Shown in pieces: positions 16,423 to 26,408 of a stretch of DNA of 64,000 nucleotides; position 1 is the first letter of the stretch, and each line of letters opens with the position of its first letter. The translations under genes and the position numbers were made by a program. The notes beneath the pieces are model-generated. The model was not told the DNA's origin, made no database searches, and was given only the letters and a program-made list of their open reading frames with translations. Origin of the DNA: Klebsiella phage ZCKP1; sequence record MH252123.1, one strand, 5' to 3'.

Positions 16423-16821
16423 ATGGCTAAAGGAATTACTTTATCTAACTCTCGCCAGGAATTCGGACACCTGGTTCTGGGTGGAGTGTTTAGCTCTGAC
16501 CTTGGACACTGTGTACGTGAAGTTAACCTGGTTAAAACAGCAACCATGAAAATTGGTTCTATCCTGAAAGCTGACAACACTGAAGCTGCTAAAGCTGAAG
16601 CTGCCGATGCTGCTAAAGTTCTGATTTGGACTGATGCTCTGTTCGGTATTGACGATGTAGCAGTAGGTGACACTTTCACCGCAGTTGTTGGCGTACGTGA
16701 TCTTACTCTGAACCGCTTTGCAGTATACTACAAAGATGGCTCCCTGGTAGATGACGCTGGCGTAGCAGCACTGGAAACACATGATCTGAAACTGACCGAA
16801 AAAGTCGTTTTCACTTCTTAA
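16423..16821 (+). CDS. head decoration protein (lambda gpD-like)
   Basis: 132 aa, strong RBS AGGAGAttaaattaaATG, highly expressed codon usage; directly precedes an E-like capsid gene. Confidence 0.5.
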   Translation: MAKGITLSNSRQEFGHLVLGGVFSSDLGHCVREVNLVKTATMKIGSILKADNTEAAKAEAADAAKVLIWTDALFGIDDVAVGDTFTAVVGVRDLTLNRFAVYYKDGSLVDDAGVAALETHDLKLTEKVVFTS

Positions 16822-16842
16822 TTTTAATAGGAGATTAATATA

Positions 16843-17844
16843 ATGCCAGCAGTAATTTTAGATCAGGTTGTAGATTTCAGCCCTATGATCGAACTTCAGG
16901 ATTCCCCTGATACACTGATTGCCAGCCTGAATCTGTTCAGTGTTGACTATCATTCAACTACCGCTATTGAAATCGGTAAAGAAAAAGCTGAAGATGCTCT
17001 GATCTCCGCTCGTGAGCGTGGTGGTGAGCGTAACTTCCTGACCATGAAAAATCCAGAACTGAAAGCGTTCCGCATTCCGTTCTTCCCTCTGGATAAAAAC
17101 ATCAAAGCTCAAGATATTCAATCTTTCCGTAGCTTTGCAATGGCAGGAATCAATGACTCTCTGCGCACAGACGCTGAAGTTGTTAACCGCTATATGTCCC
17201 AGATTCTGCGTGACGTAGCAAAAACCAAAGAGAAAATCTTTGCAGAAGCAGTTATGGGTCGTGCCTATAACGGCGTAGGTGGTGCAGCTAACTCTGCATA
17301 TAACTGGTATACCGAATGGGGTGCTACCCAGAAATCTGTTGCTGTAGACTTTGCTTCTACCACTGTTTCTCCAGCAGCCACTATCGAACAAGAAGCTCGT
17401 GCTTACATCATCGATACTAAACAAGATGGCTCTACCGCTACCCGTATCGTAGCTCTGTGTTCTCGTGAATTTTTCGCATCTCTGGTTAACTCTCCATTTG
17501 TTCGCCAGGCGTATCAGTATTTCCAGGGAACTCCTAACCTTCTGCGTGACCGCCTTAGCGGTAACATGGATGTTCAGGTGTTCGAATGGAACGGTGTAAC
17601 TTACATTGAAGATATCCACGGTAACATCCCTGCTGGTGAAGCATATGTTCTGCCTATGGGTATCGAAGGTATGTTCCAGGCGCACTATGCTCCTGCGGAT
17701 ACTCCAGAACTGGCTAACACCCAGGCTCGTGAACTGTATACCTTCATGATCAGCCAGCACCGCACTATTCAGCTTCAATCTGAATTCTCGCTGCTCGCAG
17801 TTAACACCCGTCCAGAACTGGTAGTTAAACTGACTACGGCTTAA
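16843..17844 (+). CDS. major capsid protein (lambda gpE-like family)
   Basis: 333 aa; strong RBS; C-terminal ...NTQAR... as in lambda E; D-then-E gene order. Confidence 0.7.
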   Translation: MPAVILDQVVDFSPMIELQDSPDTLIASLNLFSVDYHSTTAIEIGKEKAEDALISARERGGERNFLTMKNPELKAFRIPFFPLDKNIKAQDIQSFRSFAMAGINDSLRTDAEVVNRYMSQILRDVAKTKEKIFAEAVMGRAYNGVGGAANSAYNWYTEWGATQKSVAVDFASTTVSPAATIEQEARAYIIDTKQDGSTATRIVALCSREFFASLVNSPFVRQAYQYFQGTPNLLRDRLSGNMDVQVFEWNGVTYIEDIHGNIPAGEAYVLPMGIEGMFQAHYAPADTPELANTQARELYTFMISQHRTIQLQSEFSLLAVNTRPELVVKLTTA

Positions 17845-17928
17845 TAGAACTCTGTTAAGATTAGAGGCTCGTCCGTGATGGGCGAGCCTTTTCTGTTTAC
17901 AATAAGAGTTTACAACGAGGAGATTGAT

Positions 17929-18273
17929 ATGTCAAACCCAGAATTGAAACGTTACTTTAGTTATCACGAAATGATTCGTGATTTCGAATCGCTTTCACCA
18001 CTGATCGATGCTGATAAAACATTAGTATCTGCGCCACCAATGTCTTTCTATCTGAAAGATGGTCGTATTGCATTAGGTGGAAACTTCATTCACTTCCTCA
18101 CGCGTTTGAGAGAAGAAACAGGTATTCTTGTGCATCCTTTTGCAAGTGAAGAACACATGGGTTACTATCTTGTAAGTTATGAAGACTATGCACCTGTAAA
18201 AATCAAAGAAGAAGTTTTAAAAGTAGAAGCGGTAGACACTCCAGCTAAAAAACGTTCCCTTCGTAAAAAATAA
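17929..18273 (+). CDS. hypothetical head/neck protein
   Basis: ATG at 17929 after GAGGAG; K-rich C-terminus. Confidence 0.4.
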   Translation: MSNPELKRYFSYHEMIRDFESLSPLIDADKTLVSAPPMSFYLKDGRIALGGNFIHFLTRLREETGILVHPFASEEHMGYYLVSYEDYAPVKIKEEVLKVEAVDTPAKKRSLRKK

Positions 18274-18282
18274 GGTGGGCTT

Positions 18283-18831
18283 ATGCTGAATGCGGTAGAG
18301 TTGGCACCACTGATCCGAATTCTTGTTTATAACCCTTCTCAAGAAGTATTGCCAGATGCAATGCTGATTCAGATCATCCAAACTTGGATTGATATTATAG
18401 GGAATGAAGATAAGGATAAGTGTGCAGTATTGTGGAACAGCTTGATTTCTGTTTTAGAGTATCTATGGAACAACGATGTTCTTAACAACAGTACTCAAAC
18501 AGGAGGAGCTATGTCCCGCAGAGAAAAGATGGGTGAAGTCGAAGTTGAAGTTAAATTTAACAACGGTCAAGTAACTTATAAGTCTCCGTGGGAAGATATC
18601 TATCATAACTATTTAAATGGTCTTATGGTCATTCCTGGATGCACGGCAGGACGAGGAGCAACCAGTAAAGTTCTTATTGGCGGTGTGGATGCTCGTGAAA
18701 TTGATCGAGTAAACAGCGATCCTAACTCTGTGAATGGTCTTGGTAATGTTGCAAGTGTTGATCGTAATACCCGCAACGTTAATTATTTGCGAAATTACGG
18801 ACCTGTTTCTTTTTATCGTAGGGACAAATAA
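18283..18831 (+). CDS. hypothetical head-tail joining protein
   Basis: 182-aa ORF, overlapping stop/start with next gene. Confidence 0.4.
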   Translation: MLNAVELAPLIRILVYNPSQEVLPDAMLIQIIQTWIDIIGNEDKDKCAVLWNSLISVLEYLWNNDVLNNSTQTGGAMSRREKMGEVEVEVKFNNGQVTYKSPWEDIYHNYLNGLMVIPGCTAGRGATSKVLIGGVDAREIDRVNSDPNSVNGLGNVASVDRNTRNVNYLRNYGPVSFYRRDK

Positions 18832-19319
18832 TGGAAAGTGAGATCTTACCAGGTGACGATACAGATTGGGAAACCATTATCAAAAAGATGATGGACCTTG
18901 AACAAGTTCAAATCGAAGCTGGTTTTTTAACAAACAAAAGGCATCCTGAATCAGATCTCACTATTCCTGCAATAGCAGCTATTCAACAATATGGTAATGA
19001 AACAAACAACATACCTGCTCGCCCTTTTATAACAGATGGTGCTGTTATCTCACAGAACAATATCGCTAAAAAGATGAAGCAGGTTTTTGCAAATTACCTA
19101 ATGAACAATGTTGGGTTGGCTGTTTTTGAGCCTATAGCGAGAGCCTCTAGAGAAGGAATAGCTCAAGCGATTGCAATGCAACGTTATCGTCCTTTATCTC
19201 CTGTGACAATTAAGATACGACAAGATAAAGGCAACTATTCTAATCATATCTTAATAGATACGGCATATATGATAAATGCAATCGAAACAAAAATCACAAA
19301 AAGCAAGTCTAAAAAATAA
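18831..19319 (+). CDS. hypothetical neck/head completion protein
   Basis: 162-aa ORF in the structural operon. Confidence 0.4.
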   Translation: MESEILPGDDTDWETIIKKMMDLEQVQIEAGFLTNKRHPESDLTIPAIAAIQQYGNETNNIPARPFITDGAVISQNNIAKKMKQVFANYLMNNVGLAVFEPIARASREGIAQAIAMQRYRPLSPVTIKIRQDKGNYSNHILIDTAYMINAIETKITKSKSKK

Positions 19320-19320
19320 C

Positions 19321-19349
19321 TTGCATAAACTTTGTTTTTGATGTATACT
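19321..19349 (+). promoter_or_regulatory. sigma70 promoter (near consensus)
   Basis: TTGCAT, 17 nt, TATACT, then AAAGGAG RBS. Confidence 0.55.
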
Positions 19350-19363
19350 AAAAAGGAGATACA

Positions 19364-19781
19364 AGTGTTACTAGATCAATTTACTCTCCTTGATCTAACT
19401 GAATACCAAGGTCGTAGACGAGTCTACAAAGAGGCAGTTGGTTCAGTTATTGCTAACTTAGAAAGTAGTGTAGAATATGAACCATTTACTATTGAAGCGG
19501 CAAGCTTACAACCGATATCTGGTAAAACACTGAATGCACTACCTGAAGGTTACAGATCTAAGGCTCAATATAGTTTCTGGACTAAAACAGAAATGAAGGG
19601 GTTACAACAAGGAACAGAACAGTTATCAGATCAGATATTGATAGATGGTAAATGGTATTCTGTTTATTCCCTTAAAGATTGGACCAGAACATCTTTCTTA
19701 GTCCATCATCACTGTGTTGCAATATTAGACGATCAAAACAACTCCTGGTCTTATGGAACAGAAGGAGGAAATTTTGGCTAA
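19364..19781 (+). CDS. hypothetical structural protein
   Basis: GTG start 19364 after AAAGGAG; the track ORF from 19332 lacks an RBS. Confidence 0.4.
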
Positions 19782-20412
19782 TATTTACCAACAAATAGAA
19801 GCATACGAAAATGCCATCTACTTAAATATAGGTGGCTTCCTTCAAGAATTAGTGGGGTTGCCAGTCTATGTTATGGATAAGCCATTCATTAAACCGGATA
19901 CTCCTTACCTAGCACTACGTATTATCACTTCCAGCGATTCTGGAGGTTGGTCTTACCGAAGCTCTATTCAAAATGATATGTATTCCTACGAGATGGATAA
20001 TACCTACGAGATTGAACTTGTAGCCTATCGTGGAAGACCTACCACTTTGATGAGCTATGTTCTGGCTGCTCTCCGTGGTGCAGAGGAATTAAAATACAAA
20101 CATCTCTATTCTAAAGGTCTTGGTTTTTTAGGAGCCTCCAATATAGCTCAAGCCAATACAATTGTAGACGGAGATAAGACTGAATTAAGAGCGCGTATGG
20201 TTATGACGTTCAACACTCGTATGAGTATTGAAGATATTGCTACTACACCAATAGAAGCAATCAACATGCACATCCGTTCATTCAGAGATAGTTACAATGA
20301 TCCTATCCCTTTAGATTTAATTCTAAACAGGGTTTATGCAATTACTTTGGTTCCAGGCGAATACTCGTCAGTCAATCAAAATGGATCATTATTTAACAAC
20401 CCTACCGAATAA
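19753..20412 (+). CDS. hypothetical tail completion protein
   Basis: 219-aa ORF directly upstream of sheath gene. Confidence 0.4.
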   Translation: MEQKEEILANIYQQIEAYENAIYLNIGGFLQELVGLPVYVMDKPFIKPDTPYLALRIITSSDSGGWSYRSSIQNDMYSYEMDNTYEIELVAYRGRPTTLMSYVLAALRGAEELKYKHLYSKGLGFLGASNIAQANTIVDGDKTELRARMVMTFNTRMSIEDIATTPIEAINMHIRSFRDSYNDPIPLDLILNRVYAITLVPGEYSSVNQNGSLFNNPTE

Positions 20413-20446
20413 ACTCATTGGAATTAAGTTTCTAACAGGAGCATAA

Positions 20447-21820
20447 ATGGCAACTTTTCGTGAAAAGGTAGCAACCGTAACTTTACTGTATGGTGCTACA
20501 TCAATTCGTGAAACCCAGTTCGATATTCCCCTGATCCTTACAGGTCAGAACGTAACTGGCGAAGCGATTCAATATTACTCTTCTTCCGATGCACTTTTGG
20601 AAGCAGGTTATGGATTAAATGATCCAGCGTATATTATGGCAGTCAAACTGTTTAACGGTTTGTTCCCACCAGATCAAGTCATGGTTGGTAAGCGTGAAGT
20701 TACAAACTTTACTCTAACTCCAATCGTAGAAGATAGTGCAACTTACACAATTACCATCAAAAATGGTACCAAGAAAAAAGAATTTAAATTCATTGCTGAT
20801 GACACTGCAACTGCACAAGAGATTGTAGTTGGTCTGACTGAAATGATCAATGCAGATCTTGTTTATGGCCCACTGTTTACAGTAGCTAACAACGGCGCTG
20901 CAATGACTTTCACTCCAGTAGAAGGTAAGTTTGGTTCTATTGACAGCACAGGTTTCACTCAAGAAACTGTCTATGCTAATGCTATTACGGAAGATATTGC
21001 TGCTCTGCATGATATTGATAGTAGCTGGTTCTGGACCCTTTCAGATTCCCATGAAACAGAAGATGTTCTAGCTTTGGCTGCATGGGTAGAAGAGAACGAT
21101 AAAGTTTACTTCTTCTCTAGCTCTGAACCTGGAATTAAAACGAAAGCAGAAGACAACGTTCTGGAACGACTGAATGACCTCGGTTATAATAACACTTGCT
21201 TTGCTTTGTGGATGACCGATGCAGATTCTGTATTCCCAGAAGCAGCAGTTGTTGGTGCAATCTGTTCTCGTCAACCTGGTTTAACTACCCTTCACGGTAA
21301 AACACTGGTAGGAGTAGAGATCGAGAAACTGGATCAGACTTCGGAAAACAATATTGTTCAACAGAACGGTAACATCTATCGTAAAGAGCATGGAACTCTG
21401 TTCTATCGTGATGGATTGATGGTTAGCGGTTTCTTTGTTGACTATGTTGTTCATGCTTTGTGGTTTAAAGCTCGCACAGAAGAATCACTGTTTACACTGT
21501 TTAAACAACAGTCTATGTTGGGTGGTGGTGTTCGTGCTACTTCAAACGGTCTGGCTTTGATTCGACAAGCTGTTCTGGCTAACCCGATCCAAGTAGGTAT
21601 CCTCAACGGTTCCATCGCTAATGAAGTTGTTACTTCTGAAGAGACTGGTTTGCGTGTCGATCTGAAACCTATTGTTTATATTCCTTCTCGTGCCGATATG
21701 ACCGATGCGCAAATCAATGCTCGTCTGGTTGATGGGATGAAGATTGAATATGTTTACGCTGGCTTCTTCCATTACGTTAAAGTTCAGGTCAACGTCCTGA
21801 CTAACCGTACTGCAAACTAA
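20447..21820 (+). CDS. tail sheath protein
   Basis: 457 aa, followed by a tube-sized gene, chaperone and tape measure: canonical myovirus order. Confidence 0.6.
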   Translation: MATFREKVATVTLLYGATSIRETQFDIPLILTGQNVTGEAIQYYSSSDALLEAGYGLNDPAYIMAVKLFNGLFPPDQVMVGKREVTNFTLTPIVEDSATYTITIKNGTKKKEFKFIADDTATAQEIVVGLTEMINADLVYGPLFTVANNGAAMTFTPVEGKFGSIDSTGFTQETVYANAITEDIAALHDIDSSWFWTLSDSHETEDVLALAAWVEENDKVYFFSSSEPGIKTKAEDNVLERLNDLGYNNTCFALWMTDADSVFPEAAVVGAICSRQPGLTTLHGKTLVGVEIEKLDQTSENNIVQQNGNIYRKEHGTLFYRDGLMVSGFFVDYVVHALWFKARTEESLFTLFKQQSMLGGGVRATSNGLALIRQAVLANPIQVGILNGSIANEVVTSEETGLRVDLKPIVYIPSRADMTDAQINARLVDGMKIEYVYAGFFHYVKVQVNVLTNRTAN

Positions 21821-21823
21821 TAC

Positions 21824-21846
21824 GGCGGGGGTTAAGCCCCCGTTAT
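21824..21846 (+). terminator. hairpin terminator/attenuator after sheath gene
   Basis: CGGGGGttaaGCCCCCG followed by TTAT. Confidence 0.45.
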
Positions 21847-21866
21847 CAAAATAAAGAGGATCTATA

Positions 21867-22346
21867 ATGGATAAAATGCTTACTGGCGTAATGGCCTACG
21901 ACCCATCTCAAGTTATCCTTTCATTAGGTGGTTGGGAACCGTGGGGTTTTGCGGCTGATACTAAAATCGTTATTGCTAAATCTAACGATATTATCAACCC
22001 TTATTCAGGGACTGATGGGGATGTTTCATTAGCTTTGAGTCGTAACCGTTTGGGAACACTCACAATGTCTTTGCAACGCACATCTCCAGCTAACGAAGTA
22101 CTTGCAACATATGCACAAACAATGTATTCTACTCGTCAAGTAGCATTCAGTGTTTACTTGGAAGACCCACGTGGCTATTACATTAGCACGATTGGATGGA
22201 TTCAAAGTCAGCCTGAAGATACTATTGGCGAAATGATTACAGAGAACCAATGGGTTATTGGTCTTAAAGATGCAAGCCTTCTGCGTAATGAAGTTGGTGT
22301 AGGTTTGAGCACCCTTAACTCAATCTCTGCTCTGACAATTCAATAA
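21867..22346 (+). CDS. tail tube protein
   Basis: 159 aa immediately after sheath. Confidence 0.55.
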   Translation: MDKMLTGVMAYDPSQVILSLGGWEPWGFAADTKIVIAKSNDIINPYSGTDGDVSLALSRNRLGTLTMSLQRTSPANEVLATYAQTMYSTRQVAFSVYLEDPRGYYISTIGWIQSQPEDTIGEMITENQWVIGLKDASLLRNEVGVGLSTLNSISALTIQ

Positions 22347-22351
22347 TAAAT

Positions 22352-22375
22352 AAAGGGCAGAAATGCCCTTTTTAT
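22352..22375 (+). terminator. rho-independent terminator
   Basis: AGGGCAgaaaTGCCCT followed by TTTTAT. Confidence 0.55.
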
Positions 22376-22391
22376 CATTAGAGAGGAAAAT

Positions 22392-22874
22392 ATGTCACAA
22401 GAACAAGATAACACAATTCAAAAATATGCTCGACCAGAAGAAGTAGTTGAGATTCCGTTAGATGGAAACAGATCTGTTACTTTCCGTATTATGAAGTGGA
22501 GTCCATCTAAAGTGTTTGACAGGATTCCAGAATTGGGTAGTGTTCTGGTTGTTCCTATGACTATGTACAGCACAGCAACAATGTCCGCAGACGAAGACCT
22601 TGAGTCACGTATTGCTATGGCACTGATCCAACTTTTTGCAGGTTTGGAAGAAAAGAATTTAACTGTCTTTTTGCGTAAAATTTTAGATGAGGTTTATACT
22701 CAAGACGGTTATAACGTTGCAGAAAATTTTGATGAATTATTTATGGCTCACCCAGAACTAGTGTTAGATCTTACTGCTAAAGTTCTGGAGGTAAACTACG
22801 GCCCTTTTTTCAAACGAGGTTTCGGAAAACTGTTCACACAGCTTCAGGCGATGACGAGTTTAGCAGCAAATTAA
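22392..22874 (+). CDS. tail assembly chaperone (probable)
   Basis: 160-aa acidic protein between tube and tape-measure genes. Confidence 0.4.
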   Translation: MSQEQDNTIQKYARPEEVVEIPLDGNRSVTFRIMKWSPSKVFDRIPELGSVLVVPMTMYSTATMSADEDLESRIAMALIQLFAGLEEKNLTVFLRKILDEVYTQDGYNVAENFDELFMAHPELVLDLTAKVLEVNYGPFFKRGFGKLFTQLQAMTSLAAN

Positions 22875-22921
22875 CACCTGCGATTGAACATGCTATCGAC
22901 ACAGCAACGAAAACCCTTACT

Positions 22922-23140
22922 TTGAAGTGGTATGAGGTTATTCTTTGCAAAGTCGTTAAAGATACCTCGGAAACACTGAAAACATTGGATAACTACGGTG
23001 TAGATTATCTTTTAAAACTATATGAGTATTTAACATACGAAGAGTATGTTGAAGCCATGTATGTTAAAGACACTTCAATAAAGAGAAAACATCAAAACCA
23101 GACAAATAAAATGTCAGATTTGTTTAAGAAACTTGTTTAA
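22922..23140 (+). CDS. small protein upstream of tape measure (possible chaperone partner)
   Basis: 72-aa ORF. Confidence 0.3.
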   Translation: MKWYEVILCKVVKDTSETLKTLDNYGVDYLLKLYEYLTYEEYVEAMYVKDTSIKRKHQNQTNKMSDLFKKLV

Positions 23141-23160
23141 TCCAACACGAGGAACATACT

Positions 23161-25149
23161 TTGTTAGAAATTAACGCCTCCAAAATTAGTAACGTGGTTA
23201 CGTTTAAGGTGGACAAGAACAGTCTCAAGGAAGCAAAAGATGCCGTGTTGAGTGTTCAGAAGTTTGCAAATAAAATGCAACCCACTATGAACATGACCAA
23301 GTTTAGACAACAAATGAAAGAGATTGAGCGTGAACTTAAGAAAGCTCAAACTCAAAGTCAAAAACCTATGCGAGCACCTACTCCCGCTGGAGCGGGTGCT
23401 CCTGTAGGTGGATCTGGCAGACCTAGAACTCCTAAAACCCCGCAAGGAAGAGAAGAAGAAAAAGCTCGTAAAGCGGCTGAACGCGAAGCTAAAGCAGCAG
23501 CACGTAGGGAAGATTTAGGTAATCTTCGTTTGCAGAACTTTAACTACAGAGCAAAAGCATTTAGTAAAGCCAGTCCTGGTGCTATGCAAGAAGCTAGAGA
23601 CGTTATGGGTAAAGCTGTAGAGCAATACAAAAAGGGTGAAATAACTCTTCAACGTATGAACCAAGCTCTTGCTCACCAGTTGGATGCTTTACGCAGATCT
23701 CATCGTGAAAAGAATGCTGAAATAGAAGACGAGGTTCGCGGTCGTCGCCGTATTCGTAGAGAGCTAGAAGCAGAAGCTAAAATGCGTATACGTATGCGAA
23801 ATCGTGAACTTAGAGATATAGAACGCAATCGTAAGCGTGAATTAGCTCAACAAAGACGTGACCGTGATCGTCGATATGGACAATTAAAAGAAGGTGCGGC
23901 AGGTCTTAATCCACGCATGATTGCATCCTCTCTGATTGGTGCTGGGCTGTTTGCAGGTGGTTCTGTAGTTGGTAACACGTTGATGAATACTAACGAAAGA
24001 ATTAAAATGGTTAGTCGCGGTGCTGAAAACGTCCAAACGAATGCTAACTCTATTTTAACAATGACCGCATGGGGTGAACAAAACGGTGTAGACTCGGCAA
24101 ATATTATTAAAGCAATAGATAACATTAAAGACGTTCGTGAACGTCTAGGTAATACCATGATGAACACCAAGTGGAACGCAAAAGAAGGGAAATGGAAAGG
24201 TGGTGATAACGGTATTACTGATATTATGAATGCTTTTGGTTGGAACCCCGATCAAATAAAACATTTGCAAAATGACCCGTTAGCTTTTATCCAAGCCACT
24301 GTTAATGAAGGTGAACGTCGAGGTATGAACTCTGCTCAAATCGGGCGACTTCTTGAAAACCTTGGTGATGACCTTATGCACTACCAACGCATGTTTAGTA
24401 AAAATGGCGAAGGCTACAATGAAACATTGAAAATGCTTCAAAGAACAGGTGCAACATTAACTCAAGAACAAATAGATGCTTCTAAGGAGTTTACTCGTTT
24501 TGCTGCAACAGTTCAGCTTGTAGGTCAAGGTATGCAGAACCATTTCTTAGAGGGTTTTGTGAAAGCCTTACCTAAAGATGATTCTTGGTTGGATAACGTT
24601 AAAGTGCTAGATCAGTTTGCCAAAGATTTAGGTGAAGAACTTGGTAAAACAACAGTTCAACTTGGTGGTTTTGCTAAAGAATTGGGGGATGGTTTCGGAT
24701 CTTTTACCAATTGGCTTAAAGAAACATTCCCAGATACCTTCGGAGACAACACAGATCCTAATAAATCTATGGCACAAAAAGCATACGAGGCAACGCAAAG
24801 TGGAGACAGCAATCCTGTAGCAGATTGGTTGTACAATTTAACAGGTATTGATACACAAGATATTGGTCGTATGTGGAGAGGAGAGCAAACAAGGACACGT
24901 GCTTTTGGATTTGGTAATCCTCTTGAAGATTTACGTGAATCAGCCTATACACCTAACGTAAGTTTGGCTCGTAATCAACCTGTTGTTGAGAATACGGTAG
25001 CAATACCAAGTGATCTTATCAAAGTTACGATCAGCCCTTCTTCCGAGTTTGGAAATATTCTTGATGCAAGAATTCAAAATAGCGGAAATAGCATTTTCCA
25101 ACGTTTATCTCTTTCAACTCTAAGTGGACAATCTAACACTGGTGGTTAA
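23161..25149 (+). CDS. tail tape measure protein
   Basis: 662 aa, R/E-rich coiled-coil centre (REAKAAARRED...RRRIRRELEAEAKMRIRMRNRELRDIERNRKRE), Gly-rich segment; TTG start. Confidence 0.65.
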   Translation: MLEINASKISNVVTFKVDKNSLKEAKDAVLSVQKFANKMQPTMNMTKFRQQMKEIERELKKAQTQSQKPMRAPTPAGAGAPVGGSGRPRTPKTPQGREEEKARKAAEREAKAAARREDLGNLRLQNFNYRAKAFSKASPGAMQEARDVMGKAVEQYKKGEITLQRMNQALAHQLDALRRSHREKNAEIEDEVRGRRRIRRELEAEAKMRIRMRNRELRDIERNRKRELAQQRRDRDRRYGQLKEGAAGLNPRMIASSLIGAGLFAGGSVVGNTLMNTNERIKMVSRGAENVQTNANSILTMTAWGEQNGVDSANIIKAIDNIKDVRERLGNTMMNTKWNAKEGKWKGGDNGITDIMNAFGWNPDQIKHLQNDPLAFIQATVNEGERRGMNSAQIGRLLENLGDDLMHYQRMFSKNGEGYNETLKMLQRTGATLTQEQIDASKEFTRFAATVQLVGQGMQNHFLEGFVKALPKDDSWLDNVKVLDQFAKDLGEELGKTTVQLGGFAKELGDGFGSFTNWLKETFPDTFGDNTDPNKSMAQKAYEATQSGDSNPVADWLYNLTGIDTQDIGRMWRGEQTRTRAFGFGNPLEDLRESAYTPNVSLARNQPVVENTVAIPSDLIKVTISPSSEFGNILDARIQNSGNSIFQRLSLSTLSGQSNTGG

Positions 25150-25159
25150 TAAAATACCT

Positions 25160-25187
25160 CGCTTCGGCGGGGTTTTTTCGTTTCCCT
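25160..25187 (+). terminator. rho-independent terminator
   Basis: CCTCGCttcgGCGGGG followed by TTTTTTCG. Confidence 0.6.
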
Positions 25188-25216
25188 TGACACGAAGTTT
25201 CTATATGTGTTACAAT
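25187..25216 (+). promoter_or_regulatory. sigma70-type promoter
   Basis: TTGACA 25187-25192, 18-nt spacer, TACAAT. Confidence 0.45.
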
Positions 25217-25275
25217 AATCAATATGGGAAGATCTTGCATCTTCCTTTTGGCATTATCATTACTACGAGGTTATC

Positions 25276-25983
25276 ATGGCAGCAATGACTCCACAACAGT
25301 CGGTGAGAGCCGTCTATAAGGCAGAACAGGAAATCAACTCTACCGAGAATAAAAATACCTCGGCATCTACCGTAAAGGGTGATAATGGTTTCTGTATTTT
25401 AGCAAGTGTTTATAATAGTTCAAGCGATCAATACATTCAAAACTTTAAAGCAATTACTTTCGATTCAGTCCCTGAAATAGGTGTAACTCGTGAAGCAGAT
25501 GTTACAAGTTTTCCTGTGGAATCAGGATCGGATGTAAGTGACCACGTTCAAATAAAAAACAACAGATTTAAACTTTCAGGTATAATTACCGAAACACCAA
25601 TTCGGCTTATGCGAGATCAATTATACAGTGCAGGTGTAAATGGGGCAAGGATTTCTCAAGCAATAGAATATCTAGATCAAATATTTGAGTCAAGACAACC
25701 AATAGTTCTTTTGACAGAACACAGAACTTTTGAAAATGTTATTCTCAAAGGTTATTCGTATGATTATAAATCTGAATTTGCTATGCAATTTGATTTAGAG
25801 TTTGAACAAATCCGTCTCGTTTCTAAGGCCACTACTAACGCTATTGCTGTAAAAACAGCACCAAATAAGTCAACTGGTGGTGATGTGAAAGGTCAAGTTC
25901 CATCTGGCGGTCCTAAAGTGGATAACCCAATTACAAAAAACACTGCTTCATCCACTGGAACACCAACTAATACGGGGAATTAA
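25276..25983 (+). CDS. tail/baseplate protein (position equivalent to Mu gp43)
   Basis: 235-aa ORF after TMP. Confidence 0.4.
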   Translation: MAAMTPQQSVRAVYKAEQEINSTENKNTSASTVKGDNGFCILASVYNSSSDQYIQNFKAITFDSVPEIGVTREADVTSFPVESGSDVSDHVQIKNNRFKLSGIITETPIRLMRDQLYSAGVNGARISQAIEYLDQIFESRQPIVLLTEHRTFENVILKGYSYDYKSEFAMQFDLEFEQIRLVSKATTNAIAVKTAPNKSTGGDVKGQVPSGGPKVDNPITKNTASSTGTPTNTGN

Positions 25984-25985
25984 TA

Positions 25986-26399
25986 ATGGCGACATATTCT
26001 AAGACAACCCGATCTACAAGCAATTCTGGTTATAGTGCAGTATATTTAGAAGATCATTCAACATACTTTGCGTGGTATTTGAAAACAGATGAATATCCAG
26101 ATCAAACTTATACGGTAACTTTAGATGGAGTTGATTATGACATTCGTTTAAGGTGGAACACTAGGGACGAGTCTTGGCAATGTCAAATAGGGCTATCTGG
26201 AGACGATCCAAGTATTACTTTTAAAGTTACAAATGGTTTAGATCTTCTTAAACCTTATAAATATCTTGAAAGTGTGCCAGATGGTCAATTGTATATAGTA
26301 GACACAGTTAAGATTAATGGTCGTCCTGGGTATACAACTACAGGTCGAGATAAACGTTTTGTATTGGTTTATATTGATAATAAACCTAATCAGGCGTAA
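25986..26399 (+). CDS. hypothetical tail protein
   Basis: 137-aa ORF. Confidence 0.4.
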   Translation: MATYSKTTRSTSNSGYSAVYLEDHSTYFAWYLKTDEYPDQTYTVTLDGVDYDIRLRWNTRDESWQCQIGLSGDDPSITFKVTNGLDLLKPYKYLESVPDGQLYIVDTVKINGRPGYTTTGRDKRFVLVYIDNKPNQA

Positions 26400-26408
26400 G
26401 GAGATAAT

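Noticed and set aside
16954-17778. 274-aa minus-strand ORF
   Set aside because: Entirely antisense within the strongly expressed major capsid gene; a long antisense ORF arising by chance in a codon-biased gene.
23164-24170. 93-aa (23164-23445) and 107-aa (23847-24170) minus-strand ORFs
   Set aside because: Antisense inside the tape-measure gene's R/E-rich repeat; composition-driven open frames.
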